From Anaeramoeba ignava BMAN (Eukaryota > Protista > Anaeramoebae): DNA of 64,000 bases. The stretch spans positions 248,001 through 312,000 of the forward strand of contig JAPDFW010000136.1 of the NCBI GenBank assembly GCA_028826165.1. Direction: 5' to 3'. Below, piece by piece: positions 25,801 to 48,763 of this stretch (positions are counted from its first letter, which is position 1; each line of letters opens with the position of its first letter). The translations under genes were made by a program, and so were the position numbers. The notes beneath the pieces were generated by a model. It was not told the origin of the DNA and searched no databases. It was given only the letters and a program-made list of their open reading frames with translations.

Positions 25801-28800
25801 TTTAATCAAGGAATCAAAAGGAACATGTTTTGGGATTTCCTGGAGACATTTCAATGCGGATTCGTGGATTCCTTGATGAATATCGAATATATTCTTAAGG
25901 AGATTTGAGAAAAATAAAGGCGCAAGATTCTCCATGTTTTTTCCCAGATAATCCAAAACAAAATGAATTGTGGAAAGTGTTTGTATTTTCAAAGGTTTGT
26001 TATTCTCATCAAGAATGTTGTTTATGTTTTGGAATAATGGAATAAATTCTTCGACAGGCGGAAGAGTTTTTGCCTTTTGGATTATGTTCTGAAGATCTTG
26101 AAGTGCCTTCTTTTTTTTATCTGTGGAATCTGAAGTGAGAGCTTGAATAAGAGAATTGAAGTCTATTGTTTTTTTCTTGATATTTATTTTCTTTTTTATG
26201 GGTTTGATTTTTGGTTTTTTTTGATTTTGAATTTGATTTTGATTTTGATTTTGATTTTGATTTTGATTTTGATTTTGATTTTGATTTTGATTTTCATTTT
26301 GATTTGCTTTTTTGTTTTTTTCCAATTTCGCTTCAATTATTTTCTGATAATGTGGACTTTCTAAAATTGGTAAAAGATCTTTAATTGTATTTTTCCCAAA
26401 ATGATTCGATAAAATGAGAATTGATTGTGTGATGCATTTTTTTGTTTCTGCATTTGTGGAAGTGAAGGAAACCTTAAAAATATCAAACAAAAAAGGTAAA
26501 ATTAAAGAGTCTTGATTAACATTTAATTTTGCTAAATAAGATTTGATCCATTTCAAGATTTCTTGCACTGTTTTGACGTTTTGGTTTTTTGGCAATTCAA
26601 GAGATAAACATTCAAAAGTTGTTTTTGCACCACAAAGAGAAATAAAAAAATCAAACACAGAAATGACCAAATTTGCAATTTTGGATTCTGATAAATTTCG
26701 GAGCAGAAAAGGAAGAAGAAAAGGATATGTATTGCTGCTGAAAAACAGTGATTTTGGAGAGAATATGCTTGATAATTTTGATCATTGATTTGAGAACAGA
26801 AACATTAGATTCTTGGAAATCGGATTCCATTTCGATTCCACGAAGTAAAACTGGATAATTTTCAGAAAGTGTGTCTGAAAGTTTGTCAATTAAAGGAATA
26901 AGGGAATCTAAACCTTCCTTTTTATGTTTCCAAAATTTATCGGAAATTTTTTTCCGAATTTCTTCTGGTATTAATTCTTTCCATTTTTCATAAGCTGTAT
27001 TTGAAGGAATTAATGCGTGCTTTTGTTTTGGAGGCTTTGTTGTCTCAGATTCAATTTTAAGTTGTTCTCTTACTGTTTTTTTAGTTGTTTTTTTTGCTTT
27101 TTTTTTGTCGTTAAAATTTCCCAAATTTTTCGGTTTGGAAATTATTTCTGGTTTTTGAAATTGCTTGAATTTTGAAACAGAAATTGTCATTCTTGGTTTG
27201 TTACTGAATTGATTTGAAAAAGCAGATGGTTTTTCTTGAAAAGAGACATTTTCTTGAATCCCAACAATTTTGGTTGTTTTTTTGCGAATTTTTGGAAGTG
27301 AAGAAGTTAAATTTAGAAGATCTTGAATTTGATTTGAAGAAACAAGATTTTTGAGTTTGAATTTTTTGGAATTTTGCAAAGAAAAGAGAGTTGGAAAAAC
27401 TAAATCTTCTCCAACTTGTTTAATTAAAATGCTAAAAGTGATAAAAGATTGATTTCGAACTTTTGGACTTGCATCTTGTAATTTTGGAATAAGAAATGAT
27501 TGTAATTCTTGTAAATGATTTTGTAATATTTTAGGTTTTGTTTTTGAAAAAATATTTGCCAAATAAATCAATGTTCCATTTCTAACTAGAAAGATTTTAT
27601 GATTCAAAGCAGCTTCGACGTCTAGAATTAAAATTAAAAATTAAAATTAAAATTAAAATTAAAAATTAAAAAAATTGATCAAATTTGATCAAAAAAAAAT
27701 TTTTTTTAAATTAAATTAAATTAAAAATTAAAATGTACCCTTTAAAGTCTCTTGCATTTTCATGCATTTTAAAGCCAATAACTGAGTTGTGTTTAAGACA
27801 TCATTGAAGCATCTTTTGTCTTTAAACCTCTCGAACAAAACTGGCAACAAACCGCGGGCAATTGTTCTAAAATTCGCAGTAAGACCTTTAGCTAACAAAC
27901 CAATAGCCTTTATAGCTAAATTAGTTAAATTAATATAATTTTCATGTTCAACAATACGTTGAAGTTCGACAGCAAGATATTGATAGTTTCCGTTTGCAAT
28001 TCTTGAATGGTCCAGCAGAGAACATATAAGGTCAAGAATTTTTTGTCTTGTTTCCAAGTTTGAGCTTTGCATTTGTTCAGATAGATCGTTGGGAATGTGA
28101 GATAAAACATCAAATGGTTTTTCTAGCATTGTTTGTCTTTGTTTAGTAGTTTTGGATTGGATATTTTGCTTTTCAAGATCTTTTGAAAGATGATCTATAA
28201 TTTGAAATGTAACGGCTCTAAATTCAACTTTATTAGAATTTGGACTTCGTTTTGCATTTGGATTTTGACTTGAATTTTCTTTTGGATTTTCTTTTAAATT
28301 TTCTTTTAAATTTTCTTTTAAATTTTCTTTTTTTCTAATTTCTTTTTTTCTAATTTCTTCTTTGATTTCTTTTATTAATTCTTCAGGAAGTTCAAGATTT
28401 TCAAATGGTGATGTTGAATTGATTCTTTTTGCTATAATTAAAATGGTTGATTTGGCTTTTTGTTTGATATTTGAATCCCAATGAGTAAATAAACCATATA
28501 AAAAGTTAATAAGTTGATTAAAACTTGGACATTTTGAAAAAGAATTGGAAGTCAAATTCGAAAATAAATCAAGAATATAAGAAATAAATCTTGAAGTTTT
28601 TTGTTTCTTTGAATTTGAAAGAATAATTCCAAGTATTTTTTCTAAATCTTGAAGGATATTAACTGATAAATTAAGAATTTTAACGCTTTTTTCTTGAGTT
28701 GATTGTGTGATTCCAAAAGTGGAACTAGTTAATTTAGAAACAACTTCAATAATTGTATTTTCTTTTAAATTTGAACTAAATTTTTCAAAAAGGATTGAAA

Positions 28801-29320
28801 CTAAATCAAGTGATTTTTCTTGTACAATAGAAAGTGAATCTTCGAGGAATGAAAGGATAATTGAAACTATTTTAGTTTTTTTTTTTTTTTTGGATTTTTT
28901 AAAAAAAAAATTTTTTTTTTGAATTGAAAAGTCTTGATTTTTTTGCTTTTTTAATTTCAAACCAGTTTCTTTTGATAGATTTTTAGTTTTTTCATTTAAA
29001 AGAGTTTTTTCAATTTCTTCTAATTGTGAAAGTTTTGTTTTCCAAGAAGATATTGTAAATTGATTTGAATTTAAATTTGAATTTGTATTTGAATTTGAAT
29101 TTGGATTTGAATTTAAATTTGAATTTGAATTTGAATTTGGATTTGAATTTGTATTTGAATTTGAATTTGAATTTGGATTTGAATTTGAATTTGAATTTGA
29201 ATTTGAATTTGGATTTGAATTTGAATTTGAATTTGAATTTAAATTTGTATTTGAATTTGAATTTGAATTTGTATTTGTATTTGAATTTGTATTTGAATTT
29301 GTATTTTGAATAACTTGCAT
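22864..29320 (-). CDS. CKAP5: XMAP215/ch-TOG/MOR1-like microtubule polymerase with multiple TOG (HEAT) domains
   Basis: AIKAIGLLAKGL..LFERFKDK; KLQDASPKVRN; KFWKHKKEGL..ESNVSV; HPTGRTCLLNWI..LVDKNMDSRK; YESLLIVPPL..KIYPASQIF. Introns near 28870-28960 and 27625-27737; frameshift near 26660-26700. Confidence 0.8.
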
Positions 29321-29361
29321 TTTTTTTTTGGAAGTATAAAAAAAATTAAAATAAAAAGTAT

Positions 29362-29525
29362 AAATCGTTGATTTGAATTTTAATAAAAAGAATAAAAATA
29401 ATAAAAAGAGAAAAATAAAAATAATTCAAATAAAAAAAATAAAAAATTTGATCAAAATGATCCGTTAATTTTAATTTTAATTTTAATTTTAATTTTAATT
29501 TTAATTTTAATTTTTTTTAACGATT
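29362..29525. promoter_or_regulatory. Myb/MSA-like AACG(G/A) motifs upstream of the TOG gene
   Basis: TCGTT 29365-69, CCGTT 29462-66 and AACGA 29519-23 in an otherwise CpG-free spacer. Confidence 0.3.
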
Positions 29526-29699
29526 CAAAAATAAATAAAAAATAAAATAATTTCAATCAAAATAATCAAAAAATGCTTTGTTGTTTTTTGTTCTTGTTTG
29601 AATTACTTTTGATTCTTTTTATTCTTTTTTTTCCTGATTAAAAAAGAAAAAAAAAAGATTAGAAAAGATCTTAATAAAAAAAGAGGAAAAAAAAAAAGT

Positions 29700-30425
29700 A
29701 ATTTTGTTTTTGATTTAAAAATTGGATTATTTTGTTTTTAATTTAAAAATTGGATTAAATTGTTTTTGATTTAAAAATTGGATTATTTTGTTTTTGATTT
29801 AAAAATTGGATTAATTTGATTATTTTGTTTTTAATTTAAAAATTAATTTAATTTGTTTTTAATTTGATTATTTTGTTTTTGATTTAAAATTTGATTATTT
29901 TGTTTTTAATTTAAAAATTAATTTGATTGAAAATTGGATTATTTTGAATTATTTTGGATTTTGATTAATTTGATTTTGTTTTTAATTTAAAAATTGGATT
30001 AATTTGATTTTGTTTTTAATTTAAAATTTGATTATTTTGTTTTTAATTTAATTTAAAAATTGAATTAATTTGTTTTTAATTTGATTATTTTGATTATTTT
30101 GATTTGAAAATTGGATTAAATTGTTTTTGATTTAAAAATTAATTTATTTTGTTTTTGATTTAAAAATTGGATTAATTTGTTTTTGATTTAAAAATTGGAT
30201 TAATTTGATTATTTTGTTTTTGATTTAAAAATTGAATTAATTTGATTGTTTTGTTTTTGATTTAAAAATTGGATTATTTTGTTTTTAATTTGATTGAAAA
30301 TTGGATTATTTTGATTATTTTGATTATTTTGTTTTTAATTTAAAAATTGAATTATTTTGTTTTTGATTTAAAATTTGGATTAATTTGTTTTTGATTTAAA
30401 AAATGGATTAATTTGATTGAAAATG
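29700..30425. repeat. Degenerate ~30-40-bp tandem repeat (TTTAAAAATTGGATTA..TTTTGTTTTTGA) 3' of the CRAL-TRIO gene
   Basis: Direct reading. Confidence 0.85.
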
Positions 30426-30427
30426 GA

Positions 30428-33400
30428 TTATTTCTTTTCGTCTTGATTATCATCTTGTCCATCACTTTCCATAATTTGAAAATCATCATCTGAATCAAGA
30501 GGTCCACTAACTTTGTTTTCTTCATTTGATGTTTCACTTTCATCTTCTTTTTCATCTTCTTTTTCTTTTTCATCTTCTTTTTTTCTTTTTCTTTTTCTTT
30601 TTCTTTTTCTTTTTCTTTTTTTAACTTTTCTTCTTTTTCTTTTTTAAGTTGTTCTTTTGTTTTTTTCTTTCTTGGAATTGCTTTAGGATCAGGAAATTTT
30701 CCACCAAGAGATTTAGGAATAGAATCTTCATCAATAAATTCTTTTAAAGTATCAAGAAACTTTGATTTCATAAACACGAACTTAAATTTAATTTTAAATA
30801 TAATTTTGATTTAAATTTGAATTTTAAATTTTAATTTTAATTTTAAATATAATTTTGATTTAAATTTGAATTTAATTTTTATTTCTAAAAATACTTTAGT
30901 TTGTGTTTCTGGATCGATCCATCTTTTTCCAATTTTCCATAAAGTAGAGAAAACCCAACCCATATTAATTAAAAATAATTTTCCAAGTCTTTCTGGATAA
31001 TAATTCATTAAAATATGAGCTGCTTCTTTACATGCAGAATAATCAAAATTTGACCAACCAACACTTTTAACGTTAAAAATGATTACAAAACTATCAACTG
31101 GATAATACATTCTATATTAATTTTAATATAAATTATAATTTTAATTTTAATTTTAATTATAATTTTTATAAATGAATTTTAATTTAAATTATAATTATAA
31201 TTATAATTTTAATTTTAATTTAAATTTAAATTTGATTTTAAATATAAATTTAATTTTAATTTTAATTTAAATTTAAATTTAAATTTGATTTTTAATTTAA
31301 TTTTTAATTTTAAATATAATTTTTAATTTTAATTTTAATTTAAATTTAAATTTGATTTTTAATTTTAAATATAATTTTAATTTTAATTTTAATTTTAATT
31401 TAAATTATACTTTGAAACAGCTTCCTCAACAATATGAATCATGAAATTAATCATTTCTTCACCAGAAGTAACTTTTTTAATATGCCTAGCAGCTTCAACA
31501 ATCATAACAGGTCTTCCAACTTTATCAGTTCCAGAAATAAAAGCTTTCATAGTGTTTATTTCATCAATAACTGATTCTCTTGTGATCGTCTCGGGCTTTT
31601 TTTCTGCTCTCCATTTCGTCTCTTCTCGAAGATAACTTTCTGCTTTTTCAAGATTAAATTGATATCCTCTTAAATATCGTAATAGAAATAAGTCTCTTTC
31701 TTCGTCTTTGTATTTTCCACTAAAATTAGGTGTAATATCTTTTACTTTGTCACGGAATGTGGACAGTAACTTATTTTAAATAAAATTATAAATTAAATTA
31801 TAAATTAAATTATTAATTAAATTATAAATTAAATTATAAATTAAATTATAAATAAATTTATAAATAAAAATATAAATTAAATTATAAATAAAATTATAAA
31901 TAAAATTATAAATTAAATTATAAATAAAATTATAAATAAAATTATAAATAAAATTATAAATTAAATTATAAATTAAATTATAAATTAAATTATAAATTAA
32001 ATTATAAATAAAATTATAAATTAAATTATAAATTAAATTATAAATTAAATTATAAATAAAAATATAAATTAAATTATAAATAAAATTATAAATTAAATTA
32101 TAAATTAATTATTAATAAAAATTATAAATTAAATTATTAATTAAATTATTAATAAAATTATAAATTAAATTATTAATTAAATTATTAATAAAATTATAAA
32201 TTAAATTATTAATTAAATTATTAATAAAAATTATAAATAAAATTATAAATAAAAATTATAAATAAAATTATAAATAAAATTATAAATAAAATTATAAATT
32301 AAATTATAAATAAAATTATATAAATTAAAATTATAAATTAAATTATAAATTAAAATTATAAATTAAATTATAAATTAAATTATAAATTAAATTATAAATA
32401 AAATTATAAATTAAATTATAAATAAAATTATAAATTTATAAATTAAATTATAAATAAATTTATAAAATTATAAATAAAATTATAAATAAAATTATAAATT
32501 AAATTATAAATAAAATTATAAATTAAATATAAATTAAATTATAAATAAAATTATAAATTAAATTATAAATTAAATTATAAATTAAATTATAAATTAAATT
32601 ATAAATTAAATTATAAATTAAATTATAAATTAAATTATAAATTAAATTATAAATTAAATTATAAATTAAAATTATAAATTAAATTATAAATTAAATTATA
32701 AAATTAAATTATAAATAAAATTATAAAATAAAATTATAAATAAAAATTATAAATAAAATTATAAATTAAATTATAAATTAAATTATAAATTAAATTATAA
32801 ATTAAATTATAAATTAAATTATAAATTAAATATAAATAAAATTATAAATTAAAAATTAAATTAAAAATATAAATTAAAATTATAAATAAAATTATAAATA
32901 AAATTATAAAATTAAATTATAAATAAAATTATAAATAAAATTATAAATTAAATTATAAATTAAATTATAAATTAAAATATATAAATCAAATTATAAATAA
33001 AATTATAAATTAAATTATTAATAAAATTATAAATTAAATTATTAATTAAATTATTAATAAAATTATAAATTAAATTATTAATTAAATTATTAATAAAATT
33101 ATAAATTAAATTATTAATTAAATTATTAATAAAATATATAAATTAAATTATTAATTAAATTATAAAATAAAATTATAAATAAAATTATAAATAAAATTAT
33201 AAATAAAATTATAAATAAAATTATAAATAAAAATTATAAATTAAAAATTATAAATAAAATTATAAATAAAAATAAAAAATTATAAATTAAATTATAAATT
33301 AAATTATAAATTAAATTATAAATTAAAATTATAAATTAAATTATAAATAACAATTATAAATTAAATTATAAATTAAATTATAAATTAAATTATAAATAAA

Positions 33401-35530
33401 ATTATAAATAAAATTATAAATAAAATTATAAATAAAATTATAAATTAAATTATTAATAAAAATTATAAATAAAATTATATAAATTAAATTATAAATTAAA
33501 TTATAAATTAAATTATAAAATTAAATTATAAATTAAAATTATAAATAAAATTATAAATTAAATTATAAATTAAATTATAAATTAAATTATAAATTAAATT
33601 ATAAATAAAATTATAAATAAAATTATAAATTAAATTATAAATAAAATTATAAATAAAATTATAAATTAAATTATTAATAAAATTATAAATAAAATTATAA
33701 ATTAAATTATAAATAAAAATTATAAATTAAATTATAAATTAAATTATAAATAAAATTATTAATAAAAATTATAAATTAAATTATAAATTAAAAAATAAAT
33801 AAAATTATAAATTAAAATATAAAATTATAAATTAAAATTATAAATAAAATTATAAATAAAATTATAAATAAAATTATAAATTAAATTATAAATTAAAATT
33901 ATAAATAAAATTATAAATTAAATTATAAATTAAATTATAAAATTAAATTATAAATTAAATTATAAATTTAAATTATAAATTATAAATAAAATTATAAATT
34001 AAATTATAAATTAAATTATAAATTAAATTATAAATTAAATTATAAAAATAAAAATTATAAATAAAATTATAAATAAAATTATAAATTAAATTATTAATAA
34101 AATTATAAATAAAATTATAAATTAAATTATAAATTAAATTATAAATTAAATTATAAATTAAATTATAAATAAAAATTATAAATTAAATTATAAATAAAAT
34201 TATAAATTAAATTATAAATTAAATTATAAATAAAATTATAAATAAAATTATAAATTAAAATTATAAATAAAATTATAAATAAAATTATAAATTAAATTAT
34301 TAATAAAAATTATAAATAAAATTATAAATTAAATTATAAATAAAATTATAAATTAAATTATAAATTAAATTATAAATAAAATTATTAATAAAAATTATAA
34401 ATTAAATTATAAATTAAAATTATAAATAAAATTATAAATTAAAATATAAATTGAATTATAAATAAAATTATAAATTAAATTATAAATAAATTATAAATTA
34501 AATTATTAATTAAAATATAAAATTAAATTATAAATAAAATTATAAATAAAATTATAAATTAAATAATAAATTAAATTATAAATAAAATTATAAAATTAAA
34601 ATATAAATAAAATTATAAATAAAATTATAAATTAAAATATAAATAAAATTATAAATAAAATTATAAATAAAATTATAAATTAAATTATAAATAAAATTAT
34701 AAATTAAATTATAAATAAAACTATAAATTAAATTATAAATTAAATTATAAATTAAATTATAAATAAAAATAATAAATTAAATTATAAATTAAATTATAAA
34801 TAAAATAATAAATTAAATTATAAATAAAATTATAAATTAAATTATAAATAAAATTATAAATTAAATTATAAATAAAATTATAAATTAAATTATAAATAAA
34901 ATTATAAATTAAATTATAAATAAAATTATAAATAAAATTATAAATAAAATTATAAATTAAATTATAAATTAAAAATATAAATAAAAATTATTAATTAAAT
35001 TATAAATAAAATTATAAATAAAATTATAAATAAAATTATAAATAAAATTATAAATTAAATTATAAATAAAATTATAAATTAAATTATTAATTAAATTATA
35101 AATTAAATTATAAATTAAATTATAAATTAAATTATAAATAAAATTATAAATTAAATTATAAATAAAATTATAAATTAAAATTATTAATTAAATTATAAAT
35201 TAAATTATAAATTAAATTATAATGGTTAAAATGGTAAATAAATAAATTATTAATATTGATATTGTAAATGCTTTGCTGTAAATGTTTTTGTTATATTTTA
35301 ATTGTTACTTCTGTTTGTTTTTCATTTAAATTGCCAAGAAAACCAGGATGAGGTTTATAATTCTTTAAAAGCTCTTCTCGTTTTTTTTCTTTTTCTTCAT
35401 CTTCTTTTTCAATTTCTTTTTCAATTTCTTTTTCTTTCTCTTTTTCTTTTTCTTTTTCTTTCTTTTCTTCTTCTTTTTCTTTCTTTTCTTCTTCTTTCTT
35501 TTCAATTTCTTTTTTCTCTTGATTATCCAT
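30428..35530 (-). CDS. CRAL-TRIO/Sec14 lipid-binding protein; first intron 31770-35308
   Basis: GFLGNLNEKQTE/LL..FLLRYLRGYQFNLEKA; GTDKVGRPV; NYYPERLGKLFLIN..WIDPETQTK; IPKSLGG. An acidic tail ending at TAA 30428 follows a homopolymer frameshift. Confidence 0.9.
31780..35222. repeat. 12-bp pure A/T minisatellite (ATAAATTAAATT/ATAAATAAAATT) filling a 3.5-kb intron
   Basis: Direct reading. Confidence 0.95.
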
Positions 35531-35663
35531 TTAAAAAAATTAAAATTTGTGAAAAAAAAAATGAAAAAAAAAACGAAAAAAAAATTTCTTTTTCTTTTTG
35601 TTTTTGTTTAAAAAATTTCATTTCAAAAGCAAAAAAAATAAAAATTTCACTTTTTTTTTTTGA

Positions 35664-43966
<8,303 letters not shown>

Positions 43967-44342
43967 TTTTTTTTTTGAATTAAGAAAAAGTGAAAAAAAA
44001 ATGAAAAAAATGAAAAAAAAAATTTTGAATTTTAATTTTGTTCCACTTTTTTTTTTGTTTAAAATTTATTTGAAACTTATTTAAAACTTATTTTGAATTT
44101 AAAAAAAGCAAAGAAAATAAATTTTTGTTTTGTTTTGTTTTCTTTTTGTTTTAAAATTTAAATAAGAAAAAAGGAGAATTTAAATTGCGAATTTTGTTTT
44201 CTTTTTTTTTTTTTTTGATCTTAATTTAAATTAAAATTAAAAAATAAAATTAAAAAAATATTGAAATGTTTGATTTGATTTTTGATTTTGAATTGAAATG
44301 AAATGAATTGAAAAAAAAAGAAATGAAAAGAAAAAGAAAAAT

Positions 44343-47300
44343 TTAAATCATTTCAATTCCTCCTGATTTTTCAAGTTCTTTTTCTCTTTCTTTGATAATT
44401 CTTTTAATACTTGTTTTCTGTTTCCTGATCAAAATGATAAATCCAATCACTCCTCCAATAACAAGAATTGGAATAATAACTCCCATAGCAATTATTGGTG
44501 TTTTTGATGTACTTTCACTTGTTTGAGTTGGTGATAATGTTGTTACTATTGTTGTTGTTTTAATTCCTGAATATTCATTATAATCACAATTTGAAGTTGC
44601 TGATGAATAAACTGAAATTTCATAATTTTCTTCTCCATTTACTCCTGAGACTAAATAATAAGGTATAAGATTTGGTAAACAAATCGTGATCAAATTGTAT
44701 TTAAAACGAATATGCTTTTAATCCATCTGATAAATTTAATGAATCCCAATTACAAACAAATCCGTTGATTATTCCATAACAATTTAATGAAGTAATATTT
44801 CCTAATTTAGGTATTGTTGAATTGATTAAACTTGATTCTCCTAAATATTCAGGTTTACAATTTAAATCTGAACATCCTCGAATTGAAATATTATATTCAA
44901 TATTTCCAGATATTCCACTTATTGTTCCAATTCCTTCATTTCCACTTAAATCAAGTGTTGTGAAATTTTGCCAATTTGTTTCATTATTAAGTGAAATTGA
45001 ATAATTTTGAGCATTTGTTACTTTTGTGAATATTATTTCAATTTCTTCAATTTTGGGATTTAATTGATTAATTGTTGGAGCTGGTAAATTATCTGTTGTA
45101 ACTGTTGTTGTTGTTTCAATTCCTGAATATTCATTATAAGAACAATTTGAAGTTGCTGATGAATAAACTGAAATTTCATAATTTGCTGATGGAATTAATC
45201 CTCCTAAAACTGAATAATTTGTTGTTGAATTTGATAAACAAATTGTTGTTGAATTATATCTAAATGAATATGCTTTTAATCCATCTGATAAATTTAATGA
45301 ATCCCAATTACATTCAAATCCACAACTTAATGATGAACAACTTAATGAAGTAATATTTCCTAATTTAGGTGTTTCTAATGTAAATGAACTTGGTTCTCCT
45401 AAATATTCAGGTTTACAATTTAAATCAACACATCCTCGAATTGAAATATTATATTCAATATTTCCAGATAATCCATTTATTGTTCCAATTACTTCCATTC
45501 CACTTAAATCAAGAGATGTGAAATTTTGCCAATTTGTTTCATTATTAAGTGAAATTGAAATTGAATAATTATTAGCATTTGTTAATTTTGTAAAATTTAA
45601 TTCAATTTCTTCAATTTTGGAAATTGTTTGATAAATTGTTGGAGCTGGTAAATTATCTGTTGTAACTATTGTTGTTGTTTCAATTCCTGAATATTCATTA
45701 TAAGAACAATTTGAAGTTGCTGATGAATAAACTGAAATTTCATAATTTGCTGATGGAATTAATCCTCCTAAAACTGGATAATTTGTTGTTGAATTTGATA
45801 AACAAGTTGTTGTTGAATTATATCTAAATGAATATGCTTTTAATCCATCTGATAAATTTAATGAATCCCAATTACATTCAAATCCACAAAGTAATGATGA
45901 ACAACTTAATGAAGTAATATTTCCTAATTTAGGTGTTACTAATGTAAATGAACTTGGTTCTCCTAAATATTCAGTTTTACAATTTAAATCAGCACATCCT
46001 CGAATTGAAATATTATATTCAATATTTCCAGATATTCCACTTATTGTTCCAATTACTTCCATTCCACTTAAATCAAGAGATGTGAAATTTTGCCAATTTG
46101 TTTCATTATTAAGTGAAATTGAAATTGAATAATTATTAGCATTTGTTAATTTTGTAAAATTTAATTCAATTTCTTCAATTTTGGAAATTGTTTGATAAAT
46201 TGTTGGAGATGTTGTTAAATTTTCAGTTGTAACTGAAGTTGTTGAAATATTGGAACATTTATTAATTGAATTACATGCTGAAACATTAATTTGATATTCT
46301 TGATTTTGTAAATAATTTGTGAAATATTGATTTGATGATGTTAGATTATAATTTCCTGAATAACTTTGTGAAATTGCTTGATAAGTGAAATTATAATAAG
46401 AAGGAATTGAACAATTAATTGGTTGATTCCAACTACAATTAATATCTAATGAATATTGAATTAAACATGTAAAATCTTCAATATCTTCAAATTGAATTGA
46501 AATTGATGATTCAACAACTTCTCCTTGATCTTCTCCTTCACATTCTTGTGTTCTACATCCACAAATTGAAATATTATAATCATTTCCACATTCAATATCT
46601 AAAATATATGAAGTTGATGAATTATCGATTGAAATTGATGAAATTGATTCAGGAGCAGATGAATTAAAATAAGAAAGATTATAATGATCAAGATGAGCAA
46701 TTTCTTCATTAATAGAAACATTTGGAGGATTCCATGAAATATTAATTGAATAAGAAGTTTGATCTAATAATTGGAAATTTTTTACTGAATCAATTTTTGT
46801 TGTTAAATTAACAAATGAAGAAATTCCACATTTCAATGATTCAATATCACAAGCTTGAATTTGAATTGAATAATATTCATTTCCAGTAATATTAGAATCA
46901 AATGAATAATTGAATAATTGATAAAGAACATTTCCATCTTCAAGAATTGGAGAATCAATATCAATCCAATCATATCCAAAATTAATTTGATATTTCAAAG
47001 TTAATTCACATTCAATTTTATCCCAATAACAATCAAATGATGAAAACAAAGATGAACAATTATGAATATTTACTTGTGGAATAAAATAAACTTGATAAAC
47101 ATATGCTCTATTATTGTAAGGAGAACCAATAGCTGTAAAATTTCCATAAACTGAAACACTCTTTCCAAAATCTGAATCTAAAGTTCCAGTTTCATTCCAA
47201 ATTTCTTCAAGATTCCAAATTGGTTCATTATATCTGTAAACAAATGCGTTTCCTGCATGAGAAGCACCAATAACAATAACATTTTCATAAACTGAAACAG

Positions 47301-48128
47301 CCGATCCAAAGTAGGAATTTTCAGTTTCATTCCAAATTTCTTCAAGATTCCAAATTGATTCATTATATCTGTAAGCAAATGCTTGATTTGAAAGAACACT
47401 CCCAACAACAAGAACATTTTCATAAACTGAAACAGAATATCCAAAACCTGAACCTTCAGTTCCATTCAAAGTTTGTTCAAAATTCCAAATTGATCCATTA
47501 TATCTGTAAACGAATACTTTGATCTTCAAAGGGATCACTAACAACAATAACATTTCCATAAACTGAAACAGAATATCCAAAACCTGAAGTTACATTCAAA
47601 ATTTGTTCAAAATTCCAAATTGATCCATTATATCTGTAAAGCAAATACTTGATCTTCAGAGGGAACACTAACAACAGTAACATTCTCATAAACTGAAACA
47701 TCATATCCAAAACCTGAAGTTCCATTCAAAGTTTGTTCAAGATTCCAAATTGATCCATTATATCTGTAAACAAATACTTTATCTTCAGAGGGAGCACCAA
47801 CAACAATAACATTTTCATAAACTGAAACACCTTTAAAACTTGAACCTAGATTTTCATTAAAAGTTTGTTCAAGTTCAAAATTAGTTCCATTATATCTGTA
47901 AACAAATAATTGATATTCCATAACTTCAATATATCCAATAGCTAAAACATCTTCATAAATTGAAACTCCCACCCCAAATTCAACACTGATTCCTGTCAAA
48001 TTATCAATTAAATTCCAAATATAAGCTTCATCTTGATAAGAATAATATCTTGTTGTTTTTTGAGTTTGAATTGAATTAATCAAAATAAGAAAATTGAATA
48101 AAAAGAAAATGAGAAGAATTGATTTCAT
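44343..48128 (-). CDS. Single-pass surface protein: signal peptide, FG-GAP-type propeller, FN3 stalk with three 564-bp modules, TM, short basic tail
   Basis: Repeated FGYSVSVYENV..VG motifs, FN3-like repeats and TM IIAMGVIIPILVIGGVIGFIILI; the four track ORFs join by single-base shifts near 47640, 47520 and 44700. Confidence 0.8.
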
Positions 48129-48763
48129 TTTTGCTTATTTTTTATTTATAAATAAAGAATAAATAAATAAAAAGAAGAAAATTAATAAATTGATATTTTG
48201 ATTGATATTTTTTAATTGGTTTATTTTTAATAAAACAAAACAAAAACAAAACAAATAATTTTTTTGCTTTTTTTTTTCTTTTTATTTTTTGAAGAAGCAA
48301 AATAAAATAATAAAATAATAAAATGAATAATAAATAAGTTAATTTGATTTATTTTTGGATTTATGTTTATTTATTTATTTATTTAAAACTTATTTAAAAC
48401 TTATTTAAAACTTATTTAAAACTTATTTAAAACTTATTTAAAACTTACTTTGGATTTAAGGAAAGCAAAAAAAAGAGAAAATGTTTAATAAAAAACGAAA
48501 TTAGATCAAAAAAGAAAAATGAAAAAAGAAAAAAAGAAAATAAAGTTTTGTTTTGTTTTGTTTTTTTTTCTTTTTTTAAATTTAATTAAAAAAAAAAGGA
48601 GAATTTAAATTGCGAATTTTGTTTTCTTTTTTTTTTTTGATCTTAATTTAAATTAAAATTAAAAAATAAAATTGAAAAAATATTGAAATGTTTGATTTGA
48701 TTTTTAATTTTGAATTGAAAAAAATGAATTGAAAAAAAAAGAAATGAAAAGAAAAAGAAAAAT

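Noticed and set aside
26651-26700. Pseudogenisation or programmed frameshifting in host genes (also near 3340, 10250, 30580, 44700, 47520, 47640, 52365)
   Set aside because: Single-base shifts, mostly in homopolymers or repeats and including conserved housekeeping genes, point to consensus errors; short-read polishing would confirm.
29570-29640. Possible extra 3' exon of the CRAL-TRIO gene after a minus-strand CAG
   Set aside because: No matching donor identified and only a few codons before a stop.
44694-44703. Stop-codon reassignment
   Set aside because: The TAA is explained by one extra T (the paralog is in frame at 49115-49130); TAA and TGA end genes normally.
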